Source: an uncultured Gemmataceae bacterium (GTDB lineage: Bacteria; Planctomycetota; Planctomycetia; Gemmatales; Gemmataceae). From it: a stretch of DNA of 64,000 bases. Within the stretch, counting starts at the first letter, position 1. The number at the start of each line of letters is the position of its first letter. Shown piece by piece: positions 11,857 through 22,378 of the stretch. The notes under the pieces are model-generated. The model was given only the letters and a program-made list of their open reading frames with translations. It ran no database searches and had not been told where the DNA came from. Position numbers and translations under genes: made by a program. The stretch covers positions 576,001 to 640,000 of the forward strand of contig CAVVPN010000003.1 in the NCBI GenBank assembly GCA_963750165.1. Direction: 5' to 3'.

Positions 11857-12753
11857 ATGCAATGGCAAGGGGTGATCCCGGCAATGACGACCGCGTTCCG
11901 TGAGGATCTGTCAGTCGATCACGACTTCGTGGGCAAACACGCGGCGTGGCTGGTCGAGGCGGGCTGCACCGGCGTGGTCGCCCTGGGTTCGCTCGGCGAG
12001 GGGGCGACGCTGACCGAGGCGGAAAAGACGGTGGTGCTGAAGACGTGCGTCCAGGCGCTCGGCGGTCGGGCGCCGGTGGTGGCGGGCGTCTCGGCGCTGA
12101 GCACGGCGGAGGCGGTGCGGCTGTCGAAGACCGCCGCGGACGCGGGTTGCCGGGGCCTCATGGTGCTGCCACCCTACGTCTACTCGACGGACTGGCGCGA
12201 GATGAAGGCCCACGTCGCCGCGGTGCTGCGGGCCACGCCGCTCTCCTGCATGCTCTACAACAACCCCGTCGCCTACAGGACCGACTTCCTGCCACAGCAC
12301 ATCGCCGAACTCGCCGGTGAGCACGCCAACCTCGCGGCGGTGAAGGAGTCCAGCGCCGACGTGCGCCGCGTCACGGCGCTGCGGGCGCTGCTCGGCGAAC
12401 GGCTGCGCCTCCTCGTCGGCGTCGATGACCTGATCGTCGAGGGCGTCGCCGCGGGGGCGGTCGGCTGGATCGCTGGCCTGGTCAACGCCTTCCCGCGCGA
12501 GTCCGTTGCCCTGTTCGAGGGCGCCCGCCGCGGGCCGTCAGAGCAGGTGCGGAAGCTCTACGAGTGGTTCCTGCCGCTGCTGCGCCTGGACACGGTGCCG
12601 AAGTTCGTGCAGATGATCAAGCTGGCGCAGGCGGCGGTCGGCATGGGCAGCGCCCGCGTGCGGCCGCCACGGTTGGAGTTGATCGGCGACGAGCTGCGCG
12701 AGACGCAGGCGGTGATCCAGACGGCGCTGGCCCGGCGCGAGTCGGTGCGCTGA
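11857..12753 (+). CDS. Dihydrodipicolinate synthase family protein (likely pyrroline-4-hydroxy-2-carboxylate deaminase-type)
   Basis: GSLGE, MLYNNP, AVKESS, GVDD and PKFVQMIKL motifs; operon context. Confidence 0.85.
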   Translation: MQWQGVIPAMTTAFREDLSVDHDFVGKHAAWLVEAGCTGVVALGSLGEGATLTEAEKTVVLKTCVQALGGRAPVVAGVSALSTAEAVRLSKTAADAGCRGLMVLPPYVYSTDWREMKAHVAAVLRATPLSCMLYNNPVAYRTDFLPQHIAELAGEHANLAAVKESSADVRRVTALRALLGERLRLLVGVDDLIVEGVAAGAVGWIAGLVNAFPRESVALFEGARRGPSEQVRKLYEWFLPLLRLDTVPKFVQMIKLAQAAVGMGSARVRPPRLELIGDELRETQAVIQTALARRESVR

Positions 12754-12830
12754 GCCGCTGGACGCCGCGCACCCATTTCTTGCAGAAGGCCAGGCGGCCA
12801 GCGGTCGCGGGCGGCGGCGGTATGGCCCGG

Positions 12831-12933
12831 GATGGGCACGGCGGGACACGTTGTTGCGCCGGCTGTCACAGCAAGGGGGCCAAGACTGCCAAGAGTGCCA
12901 ACTTTTTCACACGTCGAGATCTGGCGCCCTGGT
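12831..12933 (+). repeat. Dispersed ~100-110 bp repeat, copy 1 (core GCCAACTTTTTCACACGTCGAGA)
   Basis: Same core and (GCCAAGnnn)n prefix recur at ~33001-33063 and ~33073-33167. Confidence 0.8.
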
Positions 12934-13026
12934 CGCTATTTTCTTGCAGAATGATGTGCGTCCGTTGAAAAGACAGAAAAGGTCAGGTTTGCTGTCATAC
13001 GAAAAACGGGCTGCCTGCTACGCGCG

Positions 13027-13126
13027 GTCGAACGAAATAGCTCAGCAGCGGTCTCACGCGGAGCACAGCGTTGAAGCGTTAGAACCGTCTATCGCGTGGG
13101 CCGTCTGCTGCAGCACATGGTTAGCC
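13027..13126 (-). mobile_element. Integron attC-like recombination site
   Basis: Minus strand reads GGCTAAC...GCTGCAGCAGACGGCCCACGCG...CGCGTGAGACCGCTGCTGAGC...GTTCGAC, an imperfect palindrome with two unpaired bases and AAC/GTT cores, 12 nt after the stop of 13139-13618. Confidence 0.75.
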
Positions 13127-13138
13127 GACGAAGCTTCT

Positions 13139-13618
13139 TCAGGACGCCGGCCCCTGTGATTGCCCGGACGGTTCAGGCCACCTGTCGTGGTCCCAGCGGA
13201 ACGACTCATTCGGGTGTTGCTCACGCCTCCATTTTACATAGTGACCATTGCAACAGAAGCATTTCTCTCCGTCGTCCGTCTGAACGGCGATTCCTTTCTC
13301 GGCCAACCGCCCGCAACGACTGCATGTCCCGGCAACGTTCAGAGAAGGCTTGTTGACGCCATGCCAAGGAATTCTAGGGTATAGGTATCCGCTCGGTTCG
13401 TGAAGGCCGACAATGCAAATGGTCCCGTCCGGAGTCGGATTCTTCGATTCGCAATTGACACAATACGTCCAAAGGGCGCTGGGTATTTTCACGCCGCGAA
13501 TTGTGCAATATGCGTTGTCCAGGCGCGCGTCGGACAGGTAGTCCTCCCGACCCCAAACGCCTTCGTTGGCTCGGTTGAAGCCGCACACGCCACAGTTATC
13601 GAGACCACCGTTTGGCAT
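13139..13618 (-). CDS. Cys-rich hypothetical protein (probable gene cassette, putative metal-binding)
   Basis: MPNGGLDNCGVCGFN..., YCVNC, CSRC and CFCC motifs; AAGGA RBS; visibly lower GC than neighbours. Confidence 0.75.
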   Translation of the reverse strand: MPNGGLDNCGVCGFNRANEGVWGREDYLSDARLDNAYCTIRGVKIPSALWTYCVNCESKNPTPDGTICIVGLHEPSGYLYPRIPWHGVNKPSLNVAGTCSRCGRLAEKGIAVQTDDGEKCFCCNGHYVKWRREQHPNESFRWDHDRWPEPSGQSQGPAS

Positions 13619-13889
13619 CGGCTTTCCTTATGCGGCGTAGTCCGGGACTGGCGGTCACGGGGAACCGGGAATGGGCCGGACCAGAAACGGGTCGTTCACG
13701 TAGACCCGGGAGTTCGCCTCGTCAATCACGTAGCGAATCTTGCGGACCCCGACGCCCTCGGCGACATGGCGCAAGAGGGCGACCACCTGGGTCCAGGTCA
13801 GCGGAATCCACTCTTCGGTTGTCGGCGTTGGCTGGCTCCGTTGGCTCCCTTGATTGGACAAACCTTGCCGCAGAAGGACAGGCGTTGCC

Positions 13890-14651
13890 ATGCAGCCGCG
13901 CGAAGAATGGCAGATGGTCGGACAGCACATCGGCCGCCGCATCCTGGTGTTCGACGAACTTGACAGCACCAGCAACTTCGCGGCCCAGCGGGCGGGAGCG
14001 CCGGACACCGACGGCCTGGTGATCCTGGCCGACCGTCAGACCGCCGGCCGCGGCCAGTACGGTCGCACCTGGCAGTGTCCGCCGCGGGCCGGCGTGCTGC
14101 TGTCGGTGCTGCTGTACCCGCCGCCGGCGCTGCGGCGGCCGGCCGTGCTGACCGCGTGGGCAGCGGTGTCCGTCGCCGAACTGGTGCTGCAACTGACCGG
14201 GCAGCAGGCGCGCATCAAGTGGCCCAACGACGTGCTGATCCAGGGCAAGAAGGTGTGCGGCATCCTGATCGAGCAGCAGCGCGGCACCATCGTCGGCATC
14301 GGCCTGAACGTGTGGCAGACGCGGGAGGATTTCGCGGCGCTGGGACTGCCGGACGCGACGGCGTTGATGCACTGGTTACCCATCGACATGACTACCTATA
14401 CCGTGGCAACCATGCTCATCACGAAGCTGAATGAGGAATACACACGGCTGCTGCAGGGCGATCTGGCGACGCTGGAAGCGTGCTGGAAGTGGCGTATCGG
14501 GCTGCTGGGCAGGGAGGTGGTGGCCGAGGCGGCGGCCGGGACGGTGCGCGGCCGGCTGCTGGACCTGACGTTCGCGGCGGTCGAGCTGCAGACGGCGGCA
14601 GGCGTGGTGCGGTTGCCACCGGAGAGTGTGCGGCAGCTGGCGGCGGAATGA
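13890..14651 (+). CDS. birA: Biotin--[acetyl-CoA-carboxylase] ligase
   Basis: DSTS, QTAGRGQYGRTW, IKWPNDVL, KKVCGILIE and GIGLNV motifs. Confidence 0.93.
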   Translation: MQPREEWQMVGQHIGRRILVFDELDSTSNFAAQRAGAPDTDGLVILADRQTAGRGQYGRTWQCPPRAGVLLSVLLYPPPALRRPAVLTAWAAVSVAELVLQLTGQQARIKWPNDVLIQGKKVCGILIEQQRGTIVGIGLNVWQTREDFAALGLPDATALMHWLPIDMTTYTVATMLITKLNEEYTRLLQGDLATLEACWKWRIGLLGREVVAEAAAGTVRGRLLDLTFAAVELQTAAGVVRLPPESVRQLAAE

Positions 14652-14710
14652 TGAAACAGCCCGGCAGTTGCCCGCCGGGCCGCGCACCCTTTCAACCGCA
14701 GGACTGCGGA

Positions 14711-15088
14711 TTACTGGTCGTTCTTCTTTTTCTTCTTCTTGCCCATCGGCTCAACCTTGATGGCAGTGACGGTTTCCTTGTTGTCCTGCTTGTCGGTGGA
14801 GACGGTCACGGTGGCGTCGAGTTTGAGGCCGCTCAGGCCGCCTTCGATGAGCATCTCGCCGCCCTTCTTCTTGCCCTTGCCCTTGCCCTTGCCCTTGGCC
14901 TTGGCGGCGGTCGTGTAAATCTTGGTGTCGGCGGGCACCGTGAACGTCTTGTCGCCGTCGGTCGTGGTGATGACGAGGCTCTTGGTGTCGGCGTTGACCG
15001 ACTTGACCTTGCCCCTGTATTCGTCCGCCAGGACGACCGTGAAGCACAGGCCCAGCGTAAACAGCGCGCAGACCAAGAAACGCAGCAT
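14711..15088 (-). CDS. Small secreted Lys/Gly-rich protein
   Basis: Signal peptide MLRFLVCALFTLGLCFTVVLA; KGKGKGK tract and poly-K tail. Confidence 0.8.
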   Translation of the reverse strand: MLRFLVCALFTLGLCFTVVLADEYRGKVKSVNADTKSLVITTTDGDKTFTVPADTKIYTTAAKAKGKGKGKGKKKGGEMLIEGGLSGLKLDATVTVSTDKQDNKETVTAIKVEPMGKKKKKKNDQ

Positions 15089-15257
15089 GGCGCGGACTCC
15101 TTTGCAGTCGGCTCGAACTACGAATCCCGGAACGGTTCAGGGATTTCATTGCGATTTGCGATTCGGCTCCAGGTCGTACCATCCGGAAGCCCAGGCGTGG
15201 CGAGCACTAACCTAAACACCGCCGCCGGATCAAGGTTTCGCCATTTTTTCGCGGGAT

Positions 15258-16621
15258 TCAGGGCTGGCTCAGGCCGACGAAGCTGCCGTCGTGCTCGCGG
15301 GCCAGCACCCACAGGAACGCGCCCACGTCCGGGCTGTCGTAGTAGAAGCCGACGGCGTTGATGCGCATGCGCGGCAGTTTGGCGTCGGCGGCGTTCCAGG
15401 TCTTCAGGGCGTCGCGCAGGTATTTGCTGCAACGGGCGGTGCGGTCGCGGTCGCTGAGGCCGTCGGGCTGAGGCGGCAAACCAGCGCCGACGTTCGGCAG
15501 GCCATCGGACAGCAGGTAAATGGTGTCGAGGCCGAGGGGGCGGTAGCGGAACGCCTCGCGGAACGCGGCGGCCATGTTGGTCGCGCCGGCGGGCTTGCTG
15601 CGCTGCAACACCTCCACCGTCAGGCGGTCGCTCACGCCCGCCCGGAAGTCCAGCCATTTGCCGGCGTGGCCCAGCGGATAGCTGGCGTCGTCAGCGAACA
15701 GGATGATCTGGTACTGTTCCAGGTCCGGCAGGCTGGCCATGATCTTGCCCAGCGTGCGACACACCAGCGGCCATTTTTTCGGGTCCGGCGTCTGGAAGTC
15801 GAGCTTGCCCATGCTGCCGGACAGGTCGAGCAGGAACACGACGCGCCGCCCCGTCAGCGCCACGCCGGCGAAGCGCTGATCGGCCGCCGCCTGGAGCTGC
15901 TGCACCCGGGCCGCCAGCAATTTTGTCTGCCCTTGCAGGCCGGTGATGGTGCCCTTTGCCTCGGTCAGTGCGCCGTCGCGCCGGGCCAGCGTCTGCTCCA
16001 GCTGTTGCTTTTCGTTAAGCAGACCCGTCAGTTTTTGCTCCGCGGTCAACAGGGCCTGCTGGCGCTGGGCGGCGTCGCGTTCCAGGGACTGCATTTTGTC
16101 GCGGGCCTGGGCGACCTGTCGCTGCAGCAGCGCAGCCTGGTCCTGCGCCGCCCGCAGCTGGCTGGCCAGGGCCTCGGCCCGTGCGGTCGCCGTGGCGTAC
16201 TGGACCTGCTGCCCCGCCAGCGCCTGGGTCAGCGCCTGCCGCTGCTCCTTCGCCAGCGCCTGCTGGCCGCGCAGCGCCTCCGCCGCGGCGGCGAACTGGC
16301 TGACCTGGCCCAGCGCTTCCTTGAGCGTCTGGCGCAGCGCGTTGGCTTCCTCGCGCCGGCCAACGCTTGCTGCTCCAGGCCGCCCACCTGGAGCCGGCTG
16401 GCCGCCAGGGACTGGCGCACCGCCTGCAACTCCTGCTCGGCGGTATCGAGGGAGCGCTGCTGCTGGCTCAGTCGCTGGCCGGTCTGCTCGGCGGCGCTGG
16501 CCTCCTCGCGGGCAACCCGCTGGTTGAGCAGCCACAGCAGGATGACGCAGCCCAGGGCACAGCAGAGCACGTCCACCATGGACAGGTTGAAGATCGTCGG
16601 CACACGATGACGGATGCGCAT
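15258..16621 (-). CDS. ExbD/MotB-like TM anchor + coiled coil + VWA domain protein (frameshift ~16355)
   Basis: MRIRHRVPTIFNLSMVDVLCCALGCVILLWL; long Q/A/L heptads; MIDAS motif DLSGSM, GATN and LLSDGLPN. Confidence 0.85.
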
Positions 16622-16645
16622 GGCGGTCTTCCTCATCAAAAAGAG

Positions 16646-16749
16646 AATTCACCACAGAGAACGCGGAGAACGCAGAGAAAAGACAACAGAGTTTGTTGTT
16701 TAATTCCTCTGTCTTTTCTCCGCGCTCTCCGCGTTCTCTGTGGTGAATT
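16646..16749. repeat. REP-like inverted repeat (CACCACAGAGAACGCGGAG... family)
   Basis: AATTCACCACAGAGAACGCGGAGA...TCTCCGCGTTCTCTGTGGTGAATT; a related half-copy lies at ~18080-18113. Confidence 0.85.
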
Positions 16750-16762
16750 ATTTTCCCCAGCG

Positions 16763-17955
16763 TCACGCGCTGTCGGCCACGCCCACCGCGGCGGGCTGGC
16801 CCAGGAAGCGCAGCAGTGGACCGTTCGGCCCCAGGCGGATCCAGTCGCCGGGCGCAGCGGCACGGTCGGCTCGGCGGGCGCCTCGTTGAGCAGGGTGCCG
16901 ACGGCGCTGCGGTCGCACAGCAGGTACGTCGGCGCGTCGTAGATGATCTCGCAGTGCCGCGGCGACACGGTCGGGTAAAACTCAGCGCCAAAGACCAGGT
17001 CACAGTCCGGGTGACGGCCGAGGGTGAAGGTGTATTCGGGCAACGGAAAATCCTGGCCCTGGAAGTGCAACCGCGGACCGCCGGCCTCGACCTCCAGCGG
17101 CGTCGCCGTGGCCTGGTCGGGAGACCAGGCCACAACGGCGGGTGCGGGCTGCCGCGGCGGCACTGTGGCTGGCTCACCGACGCGGTTGACCAGGTGCTCC
17201 AGGCAGTAGCCCTGGCAGTCAATGACCAGCGTCTCCTCGGCACGCTGGACCAGGTGGACCAGCAACATCACGCCGAGACTCAGGGCCAGGGCGATCAGTG
17301 TGCAGTCGAAGGCAACGCCAAGATGCCGGGTGGCCTGGTCGAGAAAGGTCCGCAGTTCCTCGTCGGCGCGGCCGGCCAGGGTGAAACTGCCCGCCAGGCC
17401 GCGGACGGTGCCGAGGAAGCCAAGCGCCGGGATCGCCCAGGCGAGGTAGTGGACCAGGGCCATGCTGCTGACGAGCCGGCCCTGTTCGATTTCCGCCTGT
17501 GCCCGCACGGTTTCGCCCAGCTGCTGGCCGGAGCGGCTGACGGCGAAGCGGGCCAGCGCCAGGCGGATCAGGTTGACGAGGATGAGCGGCCCGCGCTGCA
17601 CCGTGACGGCCTGCAAGTGCCGTTGATAGCGCTCGGCGTCCTCCGGCAGCAGGCGTGTGCGCGGCGGCGCCGGCAGCAGTGGCAGCGTGAAGGCGCGGCG
17701 CTGGCGGCGCACCTCCCAGCCGCGGCTGACGAGGATGAAGCACGCCCAGAGGCAGCAGCAGTAGCAGGCGACCTGTTCGGGGCCGACGAGCAGGCGACAC
17801 CAGCGCTCGGCGGTCCAGGCGGGGCCGAGACTCAGCGCGGCAGCGTCGCCGGTCAGCGTCTGGGCCAGCGGCACGCAGACGAGGCCGACCACGGCGAGCG
17901 TGAGGATGAGCAGCGGCCATTCACGGGTGGGGCGGTGCGACGGCGTCAGTGCCAT
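16763..17955 (-). CDS. MotA/TolQ/ExbB proton-channel family protein fused to a C-terminal FHA domain (frameshift ~16850)
   Basis: WAIPALGFLGTVRG and GVAFDCTLIAL motifs; FHA 'LGRHPDCD...VSPRHC...GTLLN'; corrected end GDWIRLGPNGPLLRFLGQP...stop at 16763. Confidence 0.85.
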
Positions 17956-18157
17956 GAGGGTGCCCAGGTGCGGAGGTCAACCGGGCCGTCACGGGTCCGT
18001 CCAGTGGGGCCGCGGTTCAGGAGAAAAGGTATTGTGGAAAGCCCCCACGGTGGCTGTCAAGGGCAAGTGCGTCGATCTTTTCCTTTGTGCCCTCCGTGCC
18101 TTTGTGGTGAAATACTTCTGACGACCCTACCCGCAACCGACCCGCAAGGTGAAGGCG

Positions 18158-21100
18158 ATGCGACGCTGTTTCCTGGCCGTTTTGCTCTGCCTGGCCCCCG
18201 CCCTGCTCACCCTGACCGCCCAGCAAGCACCCCAGCTGCCGCCCGATCACGCCGCGCATCGCGCGCAGTCGCGAGCTGTTTACCAAACAGGTGCGGCCCA
18301 TCCTGGTGGACAACTGCCTGAAGTGCCACGGCGCCGGCAAAATTCGCGGTGACCTTGACCTGAGTACGCGCGAAACGCTGTTGCAGGCCGGCAACCAGGC
18401 CCCGGTGGTCCCCGGCAAGGCGAAGGCGAGCAAGCTCTATCGCCTCATCACGCACCAGGACAAACCGCACATGCCCGCCCAAGGGCCGAAGCTCAAAGAT
18501 GAGCAGATCGCTCGCATCGCCGAGTGGATCGATCTTGGCGCTGCCTACGACAGGCCGCTCGTCGAGAAGAAGGTTGCGGCCAGCAAGAAGCCGATGACGG
18601 TCACCGACGAGGACCGCAAATTCTGGTCGTTCCAGCCCCTGAAGCTCAGTCCGCCGCCGAACGTGCAGAAGCCGGACTGGTGCCGCACGCCCGTGGACCG
18701 CTTCATCCTGGCGAAGCTCGAAGCAAAGCAGCTGACCCCCAACCCGGAGCTGGACCGGCGCGGGCTGCTGCGGCGGGCGTACTTCGATTTGCTCGGGCTG
18801 CCGCCGACGCCCGCGGAGGTGGAGGCGTTCCTCGCCGACAAATCCGCCGACGCTTACGAAAAGCTGATCGACCGGCTGCTGGCGTCGCCGCACCACGGCG
18901 AGCGCTGGGCGCGGCACTGGCTGGACCTGGCCCGCTTCGCCGAGAGCAGCGGTTACGAGCACGACTACGACCGGCCCTTCGCGTACCACTACCGCGACTT
19001 CGTCATCAAGGCGTTCAACCAGGATTTGCCGTATGACAACTTCGTGAAGTGGCAGATCGCCGGCGACGAGTACGAGCCGGACAACCCGCTGGCCATGATG
19101 GCGACCGGCTTCCTCGCAGCCGGCACGCACAGCACGCAGACCACCATCAGCCTGGTCGAGAAGGAGCGCTACGAGCAACTCGACGACAAGCTGCGGACGC
19201 TGGGTACGGCCTTCCTCGGCCTGACGGTCGGCTGCGCCCGCTGCCACGACCACAAGTACGACCCCATCCCGACGCGCGACTATTACCGCATGCTCGCGAC
19301 GTTCACGACCACGGTGAAGTCCAACATCGACGTGAACCTCGACCCCGTGGGCTACAAGCAAGCCCTGGCGAAACACGAGGCGGCGCGGACGCCGCTGCTG
19401 GCGGAACTGGAGCGGTACGAGCGCGGATCGCTGGCGGCGAAATTCGACCGCTGGCTGCAGGACACCAGGGCCACGCCGACGGCGACCTGGCTGGTGCTGG
19501 AACCGCTCAGCAGCAAGTCGCAGGGCGGCGCCACGTTCACGAAGCAGGACGACGGCTCGTTGCTGGTCGGTGGCGCCAACCCGGATCAGGATACCTACAC
19601 CTTTGTGGTCCGCACGACGCAGCAGAAGATCACTGCCGTGCGGCTGGAGGCGCTGGCGCACGCGGCGCTGGTCAAGGGCGGTCCCGGCCGGGCGGCCAAC
19701 GGCAACTTCGCGCTGACCGACTTCCGCGTGCTGGCAGCGCCGCTGGACCAGGGCGTCAAGCCGCTACCGGTGAAGCTGGTCAAGGCCCGTGCGACGTTCG
19801 AGCAAAAGGGGCTGCCGGTCGCGGCGGCCATCGACGCCGACAAGAAGTCCGGCTGGGCGGTCGATCCGCAGTTCGGCCGCAATCACGCCGCGGTCTTCGA
19901 GGCGGCGGCCCCGTTCGGCTACCCCGGCGGCACCGAATTGACCATCGTGCTGGAGTTCCGGCACGCCAGTAAGAAGCACGCCATCGCCCGCCCGCGGCTG
20001 GCGCTGAGCACGCAGCCGGCGCCAGCCCTCGACGGTGCCGCTCTGCCCGAAAACGTCGCCAGTTCGCTGAAAAAACGTGGCGATGGCCTGGCGCTCAACC
20101 CCACGGAGAAGGCCGCCGTGTTTCGCTGGTGGCGGACGACGGACGCAAGCTGGCGGCAGTTGCAACGGCGTGTGCAGGAGCACGCGCGGCAGGCGCCGCG
20201 GCCGACGGTGACGAAAGTGCTGGTCGCCAGTGAGGGCGTGCCGCCGCTGCGCATGCACAGCCAGGGGGCGGACTTCTTCGACAAGACCTACTTCCTGAAG
20301 CGCGGCGATGTGGACCAGAAGGACGGCGAGGCGGCGCCCGGCTTCCTGCAGGTGCTGACGCGCGCCGCCGACGCCGAGACGCGCTGGAAGCAGACGCCGC
20401 CGCCGGGTTGCCGCACCTCGTATCGGCGGCGGGCGCTGGCGGAATGGATCACCGACACCGAGAAGGGGGCTGGCCATCTGCTGGCGCGCGTCATCGTCAA
20501 CCGGCTGTGGCAGCACCACCTCGGCCGTGGCATCGTCGGCACGCCGAGCGACTTCGGCTTCCAGGGCGAGGCGCCGACGCACCCCGAGTTGCTCGACTAC
20601 CTGGCGCACCAACTCATCAAGAACGGCTGGCGGCTCAAGCCGATTCACAAGCTCATCATGACCAGCGCTGTCTATCGGCAGAGTTCGGCCGTGAACCCGG
20701 CGAATGTCAAGATCGACAGCCAGAATCATTATTTCTGGCACCGGCCGCGGCTGCGGTTGGAGGCCGAAATCCTCCGCGACAGTCTGCTCGCAGTCAGCGG
20801 CCGGCTAGACCCGAAGCTGTACGGTCCCGGCACGCTGGACGTGAGCCATACGCGGCGGTCGATTTACTTCTTCGTCAAGCGCAGCAAGCTGATCCCGTCG
20901 ATGGTGCTGTTCGACGCCCCGGACGCGCTGGGCGGCATGGAGCGACGGCCGCAGACGACCGTGGCGCCACAGGCGCTGTGGCTGCTCAACGATGAACAGG
21001 TGCGCCGTTGTGCCGACGCCCTGGCGCAGCGCGTGCGGCCGAAGGAGGGCGTGCCGGCAGCGGAAGTGGTGCGGACGGCGTATGGACTGTCGCTGGCGCG

Positions 21101-21257
21101 GCCGCCGAGCGCCGAGGAACTGGCGGTTGGGGTGGCGTTTCTGGACGAGCAAACGAAGTCGTATCAGGAGGCGGGACGGGCCAACGCGGCCCAGCTGGCG
21201 ACCGGGGATTTTTGTCAGGCGCTGCTGGGGTTGAACGAGTTCATGTATGTGGATTAG
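18158..21257 (+). CDS. PSD1 / planctomycete cytochrome c protein (DUF1549 + DUF1553), frameshift ~18270
   Basis: Signal peptide, [29 protein letters not shown] and [10 protein letters not shown] motifs. Confidence 0.92.
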
Positions 21258-21495
21258 CCACCGTGCTCCAGCCAGAGACCGTGGTGTTGCCGACGATTTG
21301 CCCCGTGGTCGGATTGAGCGTGGTGAGGTAGGGGGTAAAAGTGCCGTTGTAAATCTGAATGTTGCCGTTGCCATCCACGATGATGCCGCGGGGGTCCGTG
21401 TCGCCGGGAGCCCGGGTGTAGTGCAACGTCTGGACGAGTTGCCCGCTGGTGGTGAACTCTTGAATGCGGCCGGTCGAGGAGTTTATCCCATCGGC
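21258..21495 (-). pseudogene. Fragment of an extracellular beta-propeller-like gene
   Basis: IQEFTTSGQLVQT...DPRGIIVDGNGNIQIYNGTFTPYL fused to the IS66 relic, without its own start. Confidence 0.5.
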
Positions 21496-21868
21496 CACCA
21501 AGCAGCGGCGGCACTGGCGGGGCATGAACGCGAAGGTCCGCTGCACCCGCTCGGGCGGCAGGAGTTGTTTCAACCGTGGCGGGTGGCCGGGCTGTCCGCC
21601 GGGGCGGCGCCGCGACTGCTTCTTGACCACGGGCTTGGGTGCCCCGAGCGGGTTGGCCGAAGGCGGCGTGCCGGAGTTGGTGGCGTTGGTGCCCAGGCGC
21701 GCGCGGAGGTCACGCACGGCCGCCTCCAGTTCGGCGACGCGCCGCGCCAGCGTGGCGATCTGTTCGTCACGCTCCCGACAACCAGGACAAGTCGCCTCCG
21801 TAGCCATGACGACATCATAGGAAATCGGCAAGGGAGTTGGTGCGCCTCATTGTCGGGTGAACGGTTAC
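21496..21868 (-). mobile_element. Truncated IS66-family element (left end and transposase N-terminus)
   Basis: Terminus GTAACCGTTCACC at 21868; CPGC...RVAELEA...NATNSGTPPSANP...RRPGGQPGHP. Confidence 0.85.
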
Positions 21869-22135
21869 GATTGCTTAATGGGATTTCCAGCCGAATCAAG
21901 AACCTGGACCGAACCGGCTGGAAGCGTGAGTTCGCTGGTCGATGCCACGGTCACAGTGCTCGACGGCAGAACATGAAAACCACTCACCTTCCCGCCATCC
22001 ACCTTAATGGTAAGCAAGTGCATCATGTTGATCGGTGGCAGCGCGACGGTTTCCGTTGTGCTGCCAACAGTACGGGTGATGACATCGCCTGTCTTGAATG
22101 CGCTCTGCGCCACACTGCGAATCTCCAATCCTCCG

Positions 22136-22378
22136 TCAAACCGCCGATTCCGGTTCAATCATCCCCACCACCTGCCCCGCCACCAACCCGTCCCCCATCC
22201 GCGCCAGCCGCTCCACCACCCGGCCCGTCGCCGGCGCCGCCACGCCGAACGTCGCCCCTGGCACCTCCACCTCCAGCACCAGGTCGCCCTCGTACACGAA
22301 GTCCCCAACGGTGACGAACCAGGTGCACAGCGTCACCCACGGCACGCCCAGCTCAGGCAACAGGATGGGCGTCGGCAT
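22136..22378 (-). CDS. Stand-alone biotin/lipoyl-attachment-like domain protein
   Basis: LPELG...WFVTVGDFVYEGD.VLEVE...APATG; directly downstream of lipA. Confidence 0.8.
   Translation of the reverse strand: MPTPILLPELGVPWVTLCTWFVTVGDFVYEGDLVLEVEVPGATFGVAAPATGRVVERLARMGDGLVAGQVVGMIEPESAV

Noticed and set aside
13655..14008. Minus-strand ORF with a weak RelE-like tail (KIRYVIDEANSRVYV)
   Set aside because: Its start overlaps birA head-to-head and no antitoxin is adjacent; at most a fragment.
15258..17955. Zorya defence system or flagellar stator
   Set aside because: No OmpA-like peptidoglycan-binding domain, ZorC/D/E or flagellar genes; the partner ends in VWA.
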